Part shown: positions 27,855 through 37,557 of the stretch, piece by piece
How the letters are laid out: each line of letters starts with the position of its first letter
Numbering within the stretch: the stretch's first letter is position 1
Origin: Myxococcota bacterium
GTDB lineage: Bacteria > Myxococcota_A > UBA9160 > UBA4427
DNA length: 64,000 nucleotides
Direction of reading: 5' to 3'
Assembly: GCA_036336835.1 (NCBI GenBank)
Contig: JAYZFK010000006.1
Coordinates: 19,217-83,216 of the forward strand
Position numbers and translations under genes: made by a program
The notes under the pieces: model-generated
The model's database searches: none
What the model saw: the letters and a program-made list of their open reading frames with translations, nothing else
Told to the model about the DNA's origin: nothing

Positions 27855-28940
27855 CTAGGAGATCACCAGGATCGAGTTCGTCCGGCCCGCCGCATTCGGC
27901 ACCCGGTTGGGGTTGTGCGGGTCTGGCTTCCACTCTCCGTCGACGACGTAGCGGTATTGATAGGTCCCCGGGGCCAGCCGCAGGACCTTGGTCCAGACCC
28001 GTGTCTGGCCCTGGGATTCGATTACCGAACGCACATCTTTGTCCGGAATCCAGCCGTTGAAGTCGCCGGCGATGCGGACGTCCCCGGCGCTCGGATCCCG
28101 GAAGTGCACGACCACCTCGCGCAGCTCGCTGGAACTCGGGACGGGCTCGACGCGCTCGCCGGGCGGGGCCAGTGGTGCCGCGGCCTCGACCTCGAGGGCC
28201 AGGCTTGCGTAGTCGAGGGTACCGTTCGCACGCGCCGCGTAGCGGCAGATCGGCACGCCGTGCTGGGCGGCCTCGCGCAGCTTCACGTTGATCCGGATCA
28301 CGCTGTCGAAGCACATGTCCTTGAACAGCTCGCGAATCTCGCCAAGCGTGTTGCGCGCGTAGCGCGTCCGACCGTCGTAGAGCGTCGGAAGGATGCGTAC
28401 CGTGAGGTCGTGCCCCAGCCGTTCGGACAGCAGGCCGAGGGTCTCCAGCAGCTTCTGGACCCCGTCGATCGCGAAGAAGCTCGTCTCGAGCGGAACGATC
28501 ACCTCGCTGGCCGCGCGCAGCGCGTTGAACGTCAGCAATCCGACGTTGGGCGGGCAGTCGATCAGCACGTAGTCGTAGGGCAGCGGAAGCTTCTCGAGTG
28601 CCCGGCTCAGTCGCTCCGTTGGCGAGTCGCCGTCGCGCGGGGCGAGCTTCTGCTCGAGGGCCGAGAGCACGATGCCGGACGGTGCGAGATCCAGACGCTC
28701 CGAGATCCTGATGATCACGCGTGAGAGGTGGTCGGACCCGTCGGACTCGACCAGTACCTCGTAGATGTTCTCGATCAGCTCGTCGGGATCGACTCCGAGG
28801 GCGAGCGTGGTGTGAGCCTGCGGATCGAGGTCGATCGCGAGGACGGATGCCCCATCCGCCGCGAGGCTCGCTGCGAGGTTGACCGTGGTCGTGGTCTTGC
28901 CACAACCGCCCTTTTGGTTCACGACTGCGATCACGCGCAT
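27855..28940 (-). CDS. ParA/Soj-family ATPase fused to C-terminal AMPK-beta/CBM48-like glycogen-binding domain
   Basis: NQKGGCGKTT, DLDPQ, IDCPP, LYDGRT; C-terminal VRIAGDFNGW..LAPGTYQYRYVVDGEWKPDP.NP..NS. Confidence 0.92.
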   Translation of the reverse strand: MRVIAVVNQKGGCGKTTTTVNLAASLAADGASVLAIDLDPQAHTTLALGVDPDELIENIYEVLVESDGSDHLSRVIIRISERLDLAPSGIVLSALEQKLAPRDGDSPTERLSRALEKLPLPYDYVLIDCPPNVGLLTFNALRAASEVIVPLETSFFAIDGVQKLLETLGLLSERLGHDLTVRILPTLYDGRTRYARNTLGEIRELFKDMCFDSVIRINVKLREAAQHGVPICRYAARANGTLDYASLALEVEAAAPLAPPGERVEPVPSSSELREVVVHFRDPSAGDVRIAGDFNGWIPDKDVRSVIESQGQTRVWTKVLRLAPGTYQYRYVVDGEWKPDPHNPNRVPNAAGRTNSILVIS

Positions 28941-29097
28941 GGCTGCCCCCTCTTTCGAGGTTCGCCCCGCCAGCGGGTCGCGCCTGCCACCCACCAGGAG
29001 CCGAGACGAGCCTCCCCGTCGCCCCCAGCGACGGATATTGCCACTCGCTCTACTGGCCTCCCCGAAAGCGGGTCGGAGCCCCGGGGAACCGCTCTGC

Positions 29098-29619
29098 TCA
29101 GCCGACCGAGCGCTGCTTGGCTGCTCCTCTCCGCGCCCGACTCGTGCTGCGCACAGAACGGGCGGACTTCGAGTGCCGTTCGTTCCAGACCTCGAGTTCG
29201 CGCCGGAACTGCGCGACCTCGAATACCCACTCCTGTCCCGTCAGGGTCTCGAAGACCATGCCTCGATCGAAGACGACCAGGACGTCGCCGTTGGCGACGA
29301 TCACGAGCTCTTCGAGCGGGCGATCGACCGAGGGCAGGTGAGTGGCGAGCGCCTCGACGCTGCGGCGGATGTGCTGTAGCGATACACCCGCGTCGATCAG
29401 CCGTTTGGCGGCCTTCAGCGCAACCAGGTCGGCAAAGCTGTAACGGTGGTGACCACCCGGCGTGCGTGCAGACGGGACGACGAGTCCGGTCTTGGCCCAG
29501 TACTGGATCTGGCGCCGCGACAAGCCGAGAGCCCGGACCACGTCCTGGGTCCGGAAATAACGCTGATCGCCCGGGCTCACCGCGGTGGTCGTCGCGCCCG
29601 AGGCGAGTTCGCTCGCCAT
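29098..29619 (-). CDS. MerR-family transcriptional regulator
   Basis: LSRRQIQYWAKTGLVVPS..HRYSFADL..LIDAGVSLQ; GGAGG upstream of ATG 29619. Confidence 0.88.
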   Translation of the reverse strand: MASELASGATTTAVSPGDQRYFRTQDVVRALGLSRRQIQYWAKTGLVVPSARTPGGHHRYSFADLVALKAAKRLIDAGVSLQHIRRSVEALATHLPSVDRPLEELVIVANGDVLVVFDRGMVFETLTGQEWVFEVAQFRRELEVWNERHSKSARSVRSTSRARRGAAKQRSVG

Positions 29620-29818
29620 CGACCCCCTCCCCATACGACTGGGCGCGGGTGGCACATCGCTCAGCCGGAAACCGCGCGGAAGATAGGTGAAATCGCACTC
29701 AAAAGACAAAGAAAATGTCGCAATCGGCTGAGTAGCCAGGGGAGTCGAGGCCGCGTATGCGCTCGTTCCCCCCTCTGGATCGACCACACGGGGCTCGGAC
29801 ACGGTGTACGCTGCCCCG

Positions 29819-31018
29819 ATGGCCGCCCGGCAGAGTGCCAAGCAGACGCCCCCTGCGGCCACGCCCGCCGATCGCATCTTTGTGGTCGATGACCAGGGCC
29901 GCCGGCCGTTCATGCGCGGGATCATGGTCCACTCGTTGACGGCTCGCGGAATCTCCTTCGAAGAGGCGTACCGCACCGCGGAACGCGTTCGGCGCCGGAT
30001 CCAGGGACAGGCCGAGGTCAAGCGCGGCGATCTGGCGGCTCTGCTCGGCGAACTGGTCGGCGACGAACTCGTGAGCGACGCGCCGTCGCTTCCCGATCCG
30101 GTCGAGGTCGGCGGCAGCCGTGGCGCGGTTCCCTTCTCGAAGGGCGTGCTGTCGCAGTCGCTGCTCGCCGCTGCGATCGACCCCACGGATGCGTTCGATG
30201 TCGCACGCAAGATCGAGCTGGCGCTCCACCTCCGGCGCACGCGACGCATTACACGCGCCGCGCTGCGCAAGCTCGCCTACCAGGAGTTGCTGGACGGCTT
30301 CGGCGAGTCGACGGCGCAACGCTTCCTGGTCTGGCGCCAGCACCAGGAGCCGGACCGGCCCGTGATCGTGCTGCTCGGTGGCACCACCGGGGCAGGCAAG
30401 ACCTCGATCGGGCTCGAGGTCGCCCTGCGGCTCGGCATCCGGCGCATGCTGTCGACTGATTCGATCCGCCAGGTGATGCGCATCATGTTGTCGAGCGATC
30501 TGGCTCCGGCGCTCCACGTTTCGTCGTTCGACGCGCACCGGGCGCTGGGCCACGAGGTACCGGGAGCCAGTCGCGTGGTCGAGGGATTCCTGCAGCAGAC
30601 GTCCGCGGTCTCGGTCGGCGCGCGCGCCATGCTCGACCGTGCGATCGAGGAGCACACGAGCCTGGTGCTCGACGGTGTATCGATCGTGCCGGGCCAGATC
30701 GATCTCGCCGCCTATGCCGACCACGCACACGTGATCCCGCTGCTGGTCGCGCGCCTCGACGAGCAGGCGTTTCGCAGCCATTTCCGCGCCCGGGGGACCG
30801 AGGGGAGTCGGCGCGGCATGAAACGCTACCTGCAGAACTTCGACAGCATCCTCGAGATCCAGAACCACCTGCTCGAGCTCGCGGAGCAGCACCATGTGCC
30901 GATCGTGGACAATCGCAGCGTAGAGAGCTCGGTGCTGTTCGTGATCCGGCACGTGGTCGAGACGCTGCGAGCCGCCGCCGAGCCCGCCGAGCCCGAGCTG
31001 CCCTACGCTAGAGGCTGA
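29819..31018 (+). CDS. 2-phosphoglycerate kinase-like protein (two ATP-cone-like repeats plus P-loop kinase)
   Basis: PFMRGIMVHSL and PFSKGVLSQSL repeats; LLGGTTGAGKTS, STDSIRQVMR, LDGV, RYLQNFDSI..IQ. Confidence 0.82.
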   Translation: MAARQSAKQTPPAATPADRIFVVDDQGRRPFMRGIMVHSLTARGISFEEAYRTAERVRRRIQGQAEVKRGDLAALLGELVGDELVSDAPSLPDPVEVGGSRGAVPFSKGVLSQSLLAAAIDPTDAFDVARKIELALHLRRTRRITRAALRKLAYQELLDGFGESTAQRFLVWRQHQEPDRPVIVLLGGTTGAGKTSIGLEVALRLGIRRMLSTDSIRQVMRIMLSSDLAPALHVSSFDAHRALGHEVPGASRVVEGFLQQTSAVSVGARAMLDRAIEEHTSLVLDGVSIVPGQIDLAAYADHAHVIPLLVARLDEQAFRSHFRARGTEGSRRGMKRYLQNFDSILEIQNHLLELAEQHHVPIVDNRSVESSVLFVIRHVVETLRAAAEPAEPELPYARG

Positions 31019-31046
31019 CGACCCGATCAAAATGCCAGGAGGTCCG

Positions 31047-32468
31047 ATGGGATCCGCCCCCCCCGAAGCGAGCACCCTCGGCGAGCTGCGTGCAGCCGGC
31101 TACCGCCCCAGGGGCCTGCGAGCCGAGATCCACGCAAACCTGGTACAGCGCATGCGCGACGGGGGCGAGCTGTTTCCCGGCATCCACGGCTACGACGACA
31201 CGGTGATTCCGGCGGTCGAGAACGCGCTGCTGTGTGGTCACGACATCATCTTCCTGGGCGAGCGGGGGCAGGCCAAGACCCGTTTGATTCGTGCCTTGAC
31301 CGCTCTGCTCGACGAGTGGATTCCGGTCGTCGCCGGCAGCGAGATCAACGACGACCCGTTCGATCCGATCTCTGCCTACGCACGCGCGTGTGTGGCGGAT
31401 CAGGGCGACGACACCGAGATCCACTGGATCGGCCGCGAGGACCGCTACACCGAGAAGTTGGCGACGCCGGACGTGTCGATCGGCGACCTGGTCGGCGATG
31501 TCGACCCGATCAAGGTGGCCGAGGGGCGTCATCTCTCCGACGAGCTGACGATCCACTTCGGGCTGCTGCCGCGCAGTCACCGCGGGATCTTCTGCATCAA
31601 CGAGCTCCCCGATCTGACGGAGAAGGTCCAGGTCGGGCTGTTCAACGTGATGGAGGAGCGCGACATTCAGGTGAAGGGCTATCGAGTGCGGCTACCGATC
31701 GACGTGCTCGTGGTTGCCAGCGCCAACCCCGAGGACTACACCAGCCGCGGTCGCATCATCACGCCGCTCAAAGACCGCTATGCGGCACAGATCCGCACGC
31801 ACTACCCGCCGACCCGAGAGCTCGAGATCGAGGTGGTGCGGCAGGAGGCCGAGCTGCCGACCGCCGACGGAATCGTGCTCACGATCCCGGGCTTCATGGA
31901 GGATCTGGTCGCGCAGCTCACCTTCGAGGCGCGCTTGTCGCCCGACGTTTCACAGACCTCGGGGGTGTCGGTACGCATGACGATCGCGAACTACCAGACG
32001 CTGGCCGCTGCGGCACTGAGGCGTGCGCTGCGGCTCGGTGAGAGCGAGGCGGTGCCGCGAATCGGCGATCTCGCGTCGCTGCTGGTTTCGTCGAGCGGCA
32101 AGCTCGAGCTCGAGTACGCGGGCGCCGAGCAGTCGGAGACCGATCTGGTCGCCGGGCTGATGCGGCGCGCGACGAGGGTGGTCTTCGAGGAGCGCCTGGC
32201 GGGCGAGGGGCCGGCGTCCGTGCTCGATGCCTTCGAGGAGGGCTGGCAGGTCGAGGTTGGCTCCGAGATGGCTGCCACGGACTACCTCGATGGCCTCGAT
32301 CAGATCCCGGGCCTGCGCGAAGTGGCGGGGGGGCTCGTCGGGAGCGACTCCCCTGCGGGCATGGCCTCGGCAATCGAGTTCCTGCTCGAGGGTCTGCATC
32401 TTCAGAACCGGCTCAACAAGACCGAGAGCCCGGAGAATCGGCAGGTCGCGCGTTACCAGCGCGCTTGA
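31047..32468 (+). CDS. Mg-chelatase ChlI/MoxR-like AAA+ ATPase
   Basis: GERGQAKT, CINELPDL, ASANPEDYT.RGRIITPLKDR; AGGAGG RBS. Confidence 0.9.
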   Translation: MGSAPPEASTLGELRAAGYRPRGLRAEIHANLVQRMRDGGELFPGIHGYDDTVIPAVENALLCGHDIIFLGERGQAKTRLIRALTALLDEWIPVVAGSEINDDPFDPISAYARACVADQGDDTEIHWIGREDRYTEKLATPDVSIGDLVGDVDPIKVAEGRHLSDELTIHFGLLPRSHRGIFCINELPDLTEKVQVGLFNVMEERDIQVKGYRVRLPIDVLVVASANPEDYTSRGRIITPLKDRYAAQIRTHYPPTRELEIEVVRQEAELPTADGIVLTIPGFMEDLVAQLTFEARLSPDVSQTSGVSVRMTIANYQTLAAAALRRALRLGESEAVPRIGDLASLLVSSSGKLELEYAGAEQSETDLVAGLMRRATRVVFEERLAGEGPASVLDAFEEGWQVEVGSEMAATDYLDGLDQIPGLREVAGGLVGSDSPAGMASAIEFLLEGLHLQNRLNKTESPENRQVARYQRA

Positions 32469-32475
32469 GGCTCCC

Positions 32476-34104
32476 ATGAAGGTCTGGCGCTACAGCCGCT
32501 GGGATGGCAGGCAGGAAGAGTTCTCGCTCGACGCCAAGCAGGTGCTCGACGCGATGAGCGAGCTGATGATGGAGGGACTCTCTGCCCAGGAGGCCCTCGA
32601 GTGGATGCGGCGGGAGGGCTTCGAGCTCGGGGGCATGAACTTTCGCGTGATGGGGCTCGAGGAGCTCGAGAACGAGCTGCGCTCGCAGATGGAGTCGCTG
32701 TACCAGCAGTTCTCGGTGGACAGCGCGACCGATTCCTTGCGCCAGCAGCTCGACGACATCCTGGAGCGCGAGCAGCTCGCCCAGCGCGAACGCCACGGTT
32801 ACGAGTCCGCGGCGATGAACGACTTCCTCGAGCGGCGAAACGCGGCGAGTGATCGGCTGTCCGACACCATCGAGCGCTTCCGCAATCACGAGTTCGCCGA
32901 CGAGCAGGCGGGCGAGGACTTCGCCGAGCTGCTCGAGGGCCTCGACCGACTGCGCCAGCTGGAGCAGTTCCTCGAGCAGTACGGCGAGCGCTTTACCGGC
33001 TCCCGCGAGGCCGATTACGAGCAGGCACACGAGATTCGCGAGCAGCTCGAAGCGCTGCAGCAGATGATGCAGAACCTGCGCAGTGGCGACTTCGAGTCGA
33101 TCTCACCCGAGGCGCTGCGCGACTTGCTCGGCGACCCAGCGGCGCAGTCGTTCATCTTGATCCGCGATCTCGAGGGCACGCTGCGTGAGCAGGGCCTGCT
33201 GCGCGGAGACGATCCGCAGCTCACCCCACGCGCGATCCGCCACATCGGTGCGTCGGCGCTGGCCGAGGTCTACGGCGCGCTGCGCAAGGGGCGGCCCGGC
33301 AGCCACGAGACCCCGGCGCGGGGGGTCGCGATGCCGCGTCCCGACGAGACGCGGCCCTGGGAGTTCGGCGACGCCTTCGATCTCGACATCGTGGGCACGG
33401 TGATGAACGGGGTCAAGCGCCGCGCCGCAGGGGGCGTCGGAGCCGGGGAGCGCGTGTCGCTCGGACCCGACGACTTCCAGGTCCACGAGATGGACTTCAA
33501 TACGCAGACTACGACGGTGTTGCTGCTCGATCTATCGTGGTCGATGTCGTGGGGTGGTCGCTTCCCGGCGGCCAAGCGGGTCGCGGTGGCGATGGATCAG
33601 CTGGTGCGCACCCGCTACCCGCGCGACCACTTCTTCGTGGTCGGCTTCTCGACCCGCGCGCGCGAGCTGCCGATTCGCGAGCTGCCCGAGGTGAGCTGGG
33701 ACATGGGCGACCCGTTCACCAACCTGCAGGAGGGGCTGATGGTCGCGGAGCGGCTGATTGGCGAGCACCGATCGCCCGCGCCGCAGATCATCGTGATCAC
33801 CGACGGCCAGCCGACCGCCTACTTCGAGTCCGCGACCGGCAACCTGCACGTCGAGTGGCCGATGGGCATGGGCGGCATTTCGCCCCACGCCGTCGCAGAG
33901 ACGCTCAAGACGGTCAAGCGCGTGACGCGCAAGGGCTGCACGATCAATACCTTCATGCTCGACGACGCGCCCGAGCTGGTGGGCTTCGTCGAGCGCATGA
34001 CGCAGATCAATCAGGGGCGTGCGTTCTTCTCGTCTCCCGGGCAGCTCGGCTCATTCCTGATGGTCGACTACATCGCGCGTCGCAGACAGCGCCGGGGCGC
34101 GTAA
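32476..34104 (+). CDS. VWA-domain protein (partner of the AAA+ ATPase)
   Basis: RYSRWDG N-terminus; MIDAS DLSWS, TN, ITDGQPT. Confidence 0.9.
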   Translation: MKVWRYSRWDGRQEEFSLDAKQVLDAMSELMMEGLSAQEALEWMRREGFELGGMNFRVMGLEELENELRSQMESLYQQFSVDSATDSLRQQLDDILEREQLAQRERHGYESAAMNDFLERRNAASDRLSDTIERFRNHEFADEQAGEDFAELLEGLDRLRQLEQFLEQYGERFTGSREADYEQAHEIREQLEALQQMMQNLRSGDFESISPEALRDLLGDPAAQSFILIRDLEGTLREQGLLRGDDPQLTPRAIRHIGASALAEVYGALRKGRPGSHETPARGVAMPRPDETRPWEFGDAFDLDIVGTVMNGVKRRAAGGVGAGERVSLGPDDFQVHEMDFNTQTTTVLLLDLSWSMSWGGRFPAAKRVAVAMDQLVRTRYPRDHFFVVGFSTRARELPIRELPEVSWDMGDPFTNLQEGLMVAERLIGEHRSPAPQIIVITDGQPTAYFESATGNLHVEWPMGMGGISPHAVAETLKTVKRVTRKGCTINTFMLDDAPELVGFVERMTQINQGRAFFSSPGQLGSFLMVDYIARRRQRRGA

Positions 34105-35774
34105 TGCGCGCAGTGTTCGGGCTCGGCCGCCGGCTGGGGCACAACGGGGTGCGCGTCGTTCGTCGGCTCGTTGCGCGCAGCGTCCTCGACAAGCGCGCGG
34201 ACGTCGCCGGGTTGTGGCTGCTGGCCCGAATCGGTCCGCGGCTCGGCGAGCGCCGGACCCGCTCGGTGATCCTCTCGCGCGAGCCCAGCCCCATCGCACT
34301 GATCGATCTGTTGCGCGCGTTGGACGCGGCCCGCAGCGACGCTCGGGTTGCGGGAGTGATGCTCCGCTTCGAGGGCAGTCCGGGCGGCTTCGCGCGGGCC
34401 GCGGCGCTGCGGCGAGCGGTCGCGCGGCTGCGCGAGGCTGGCAAGCCGGTCTGGGCCTGGGGCGAGAGCTACGACGCCCTCGGGTACTACGTCGCCTGTG
34501 CCGCCGATCGCGTCGAGCTGCCGCCCAGCGGCTCGCTCCACCTGGTGGGTCTGCGCTCGCAGCAGTGGTTCGGCCGCGAGCTGCTCGACAAGCTCGGCGT
34601 GCGAGCCGAGGTGGTGCGCATCGGCTCGAACAAGGCAGCGGCCGAGCCGTTGGTGCGCCGCAGCATGTCGCACGAGCAGCGCGAGCAGGTCGACGCCTTT
34701 CAGGCCGAAGTGTTCGACGAGCTGGTGAGCGCGATCGCCGCCGGCCGTGGCATGGCTGCGGAGGCGGTCCGTCGCCACATCGACGAAGGGCCGCACTCCG
34801 CCGAGGCGGCGCTCGAGCGCGGTCTGTTCGATGCCTGTCGCTATCCCGACGAGGTGGAAGCCGAGCTCCGCGAGCGAGCGGCCCGACCGACCCGCCCGCC
34901 CGGGCAGGGCGACGGAGGTCCGACGTCCGACGAGGACTCTCCGCTGGTCGACGTCGCGACCTACTTTGCCCTGCACGCGAGCGACACGGGCTGGCAGCCG
35001 CTGCGGCGCGACCTGCCGCGGCTCGCCTACGTGGTGACCAGCGGCACCATCGCGCGCGGGCGTTCGCAGCGCGGCATCGGAAGCCAACGCTACGGAGAGC
35101 TCTTCGGGCGCTTGATGCGCGACGACGCGGTGCGGGGCGTGGTGCTGCGGATCGACAGCCCCGGCGGAGACGCCGTCGCCTCCGATCTGCTCCACCGCGC
35201 GGTCGAACAGCTGGCCGAGCGCAAGCCGGTCGTGGTCTCGCTCGGCGAGGTCGCGGCCTCGGGGGGCTACTACCTGGCGGCCGGCGGCCACCGCGTGCTC
35301 GCCGAGCGCACGACGCTCACGGGCTCGATCGGGGTCGTCGGGGGCAAGCTCGACCTCTCGGGCCTGTACCAGCAGCTCGGGATCGACGTCGATGCGATCG
35401 AGCGCGGTGAGCGGGCGGGCCTGCTGTCGGAGACGCGCGGCTTCACGCCCGATGAGCGCAAAGCGGTCCAGCGCCAGATGCGCGTGCTGTACGCGACCTT
35501 CAAGAACCGCGTCGCGAGGGGTCGTTCGCTCGAGCCGGCGGCTGTCGAGGCGGCGGCGCAGGGGCGAATCTGGAGCGGTGAGCGGGCACGGGAGCTGGGT
35601 CTCGTCGACGTGCTCGGCGGGCCGCTCGAAGCGCTGGCCGAGCTCTGCGAGCGGGCTGGGCTCGCGGTCGGCGAGCGCTTTGCGCTCGACATCCACCCCC
35701 AGCGGCCGGCCCTGATCGGGCTGCCGAGCTGGCTCCGCGGGCTGAGCTTGCGCGCTCGAGTTCACCTCGACTGA
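34104..35774 (+). CDS. sppA: Signal peptide peptidase SppA (two-domain form)
   Basis: GYYVACAAD, K.AAEP, RIDSPGG, AASGGYY, TGSIGV, GRIWSG. Confidence 0.9.
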   Translation: MRAVFGLGRRLGHNGVRVVRRLVARSVLDKRADVAGLWLLARIGPRLGERRTRSVILSREPSPIALIDLLRALDAARSDARVAGVMLRFEGSPGGFARAAALRRAVARLREAGKPVWAWGESYDALGYYVACAADRVELPPSGSLHLVGLRSQQWFGRELLDKLGVRAEVVRIGSNKAAAEPLVRRSMSHEQREQVDAFQAEVFDELVSAIAAGRGMAAEAVRRHIDEGPHSAEAALERGLFDACRYPDEVEAELRERAARPTRPPGQGDGGPTSDEDSPLVDVATYFALHASDTGWQPLRRDLPRLAYVVTSGTIARGRSQRGIGSQRYGELFGRLMRDDAVRGVVLRIDSPGGDAVASDLLHRAVEQLAERKPVVVSLGEVAASGGYYLAAGGHRVLAERTTLTGSIGVVGGKLDLSGLYQQLGIDVDAIERGERAGLLSETRGFTPDERKAVQRQMRVLYATFKNRVARGRSLEPAAVEAAAQGRIWSGERARELGLVDVLGGPLEALAELCERAGLAVGERFALDIHPQRPALIGLPSWLRGLSLRARVHLD

Positions 35775-36412
35775 TGGCGCGCAAGCTCAAGTACGACATC
35801 CCCGGGCCGGATTGGCGGCGCACACCGGATCAGATCGCGGAGCTGGGTTGGGAGGGGCTGTTTGCGCCCGAGCTCGCGCCGCCGCTGCGGCGGGTCGTCG
35901 AGATCGGCTTCGGTCGTGGCGAGTTCATTGCCGACCTGGCGGCGCGCGACCCGGAGGGCGCCTACCTCGGGATCGAGCTGTCATTCAAGCGCGCCCTCAA
36001 GATGGCGCGGCGCCTCGCGGCGACACCGACGCGCAACCTGCGCCTGGTGCACGCTCGCGGCCAGGACGTCGTGCGCGACTCCCTGGCAGAGGGCAGCGTC
36101 GATGCGTTCTGGATCAACTTCCCGGACCCCTGGCCCAAGAAGCGCCACGCCAAGCACCGACTGGTCCAGTCCGAGCTGGCCGGGCAGCTCGCGCTGCGGC
36201 TGCGAGCGGGCGGGGCGCTGTATCTGGCGACCGATCACCGCGCCTACGCGGAGCAGATGGACCAGGTGCTGTCGGCCGAGCCCCTGCTTCACAACGCCCA
36301 CGCACCGCTGCACTGGCGCCCCGAGGTACCGGGACGCATGCACACGGGCTACGAGGAGGAGTGGCGCGCCGAGGGTCGGAGATTGCACTTCTTCGAGTAC
36401 ACGCGGATCTGA
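35774..36412 (+). CDS. trmB: tRNA (guanine-N7)-methyltransferase
   Basis: EIGFGRG, NFPDPWPKKRH, ATDH, T.YE. Confidence 0.94.
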   Translation: MARKLKYDIPGPDWRRTPDQIAELGWEGLFAPELAPPLRRVVEIGFGRGEFIADLAARDPEGAYLGIELSFKRALKMARRLAATPTRNLRLVHARGQDVVRDSLAEGSVDAFWINFPDPWPKKRHAKHRLVQSELAGQLALRLRAGGALYLATDHRAYAEQMDQVLSAEPLLHNAHAPLHWRPEVPGRMHTGYEEEWRAEGRRLHFFEYTRI

Positions 36413-36424
36413 GGTGTCCGACCC

Positions 36425-37501
36425 ATGGCCAGCCAGCCGATGTCGCTCCCGAACCTGAAGGACCACGCCCCCGAAGCGTTGCGCGAACGCTTCCGCGCGG
36501 CCGGGATCGCGCCCTATCGGGCCGACCAGGTGGCGGCTTGGCTGTACCGGCGCGGCGTCGACGATCCGCGTGAGATGACAGACCTCGGCAGCGCGTTGCG
36601 CGAAAGGCTCGCGGCCGAGTGGGCGACGCGCTCGCTGGAGACGGCGTCGGTCCAGCGCTCGAGCGACGGCACGCGCAAGCTCGCGCTGCGCGCCGGCGAC
36701 GGCGCCTGGATCGAGGCGGTCCTGATCCCCGAAGAGAGGCGCAACACCCTGTGTGTCTCGACCCAGGTGGGGTGTCCGCTCGACTGCTCGTTCTGTGCCA
36801 CGGGCGTACTCGGCTTCACGCGCAATCTCACGACCGCCGAGATCGTCGACCAGGTCTGCCGCGCCAGCGAGTTGCTGGATCCGGACGAGTCGCTCAGCAA
36901 CGTCGTCTTCATGGGCATGGGCGAGCCGCTGCTGAACCTTCCGAATGTGAGCGAGGCGATTCGGATCCTGACGCATCCCAGGGCGTTTGCGATGGCGCCA
37001 CGTCGGATCACGGTCTCGACCGCCGGGCTGGTGCCCAGGATCCACGACCTGCTCGAAGTGGCGCCCGTCAACCTGGCGGTCTCGCTACACGCGACCACCG
37101 ATGCGGTGCGCGACGAGCTGGTGCCGCTCAATCGGCGCTTTCCACTCGCCGTGCTGCTCGGCGCGCTGCGCGACGACCCGCTGGTCAATCGCCGCCGACC
37201 GGTGTTCTTCGAATACACCCTGATCGCCGGGGTGAACGACTCGCTGACCGACGCCCGGCGGCTGCCCGAGTTGCTGCGGGGCCTGCCGGCCAAGCTGAAC
37301 CTGATCCCGATGAATCCGCACCCCGACACATCGGCCTCGCCCCCCGCGGGGGACGTGGTAGACCGCTTCGCCGCGGAGGTCCACCGCGGCGGGCTCCGGG
37401 TGACGCTGCGGCGCGACCGCGGGCGCGACATCGACGCGGCCTGTGGGCAGCTGGCAGCGCGCGGTCTCGACCCCGGGGCGGCGGGGGCGCTCCCGGGCTA
37501 A
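36425..37501 (+). CDS. rlmN: Dual-specificity 23S rRNA/tRNA C2 methyltransferase
   Basis: STQVGCPLDCSFC, FMGMGEP, SLHA, IDAACGQL. Confidence 0.96.
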   Translation: MASQPMSLPNLKDHAPEALRERFRAAGIAPYRADQVAAWLYRRGVDDPREMTDLGSALRERLAAEWATRSLETASVQRSSDGTRKLALRAGDGAWIEAVLIPEERRNTLCVSTQVGCPLDCSFCATGVLGFTRNLTTAEIVDQVCRASELLDPDESLSNVVFMGMGEPLLNLPNVSEAIRILTHPRAFAMAPRRITVSTAGLVPRIHDLLEVAPVNLAVSLHATTDAVRDELVPLNRRFPLAVLLGALRDDPLVNRRRPVFFEYTLIAGVNDSLTDARRLPELLRGLPAKLNLIPMNPHPDTSASPPAGDVVDRFAAEVHRGGLRVTLRRDRGRDIDAACGQLAARGLDPGAAGALPG

Positions 37502-37557
37502 GGCTCAAGCCCTGGCTGTGTTGGGCCGATCGAGGCTGCGGAGAGGGTTGCGTCCGC

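Noticed and set aside
31047..32468. Photosynthetic Mg-chelatase call
   Set aside because: No bch/chl genes or large chelatase subunit in the window
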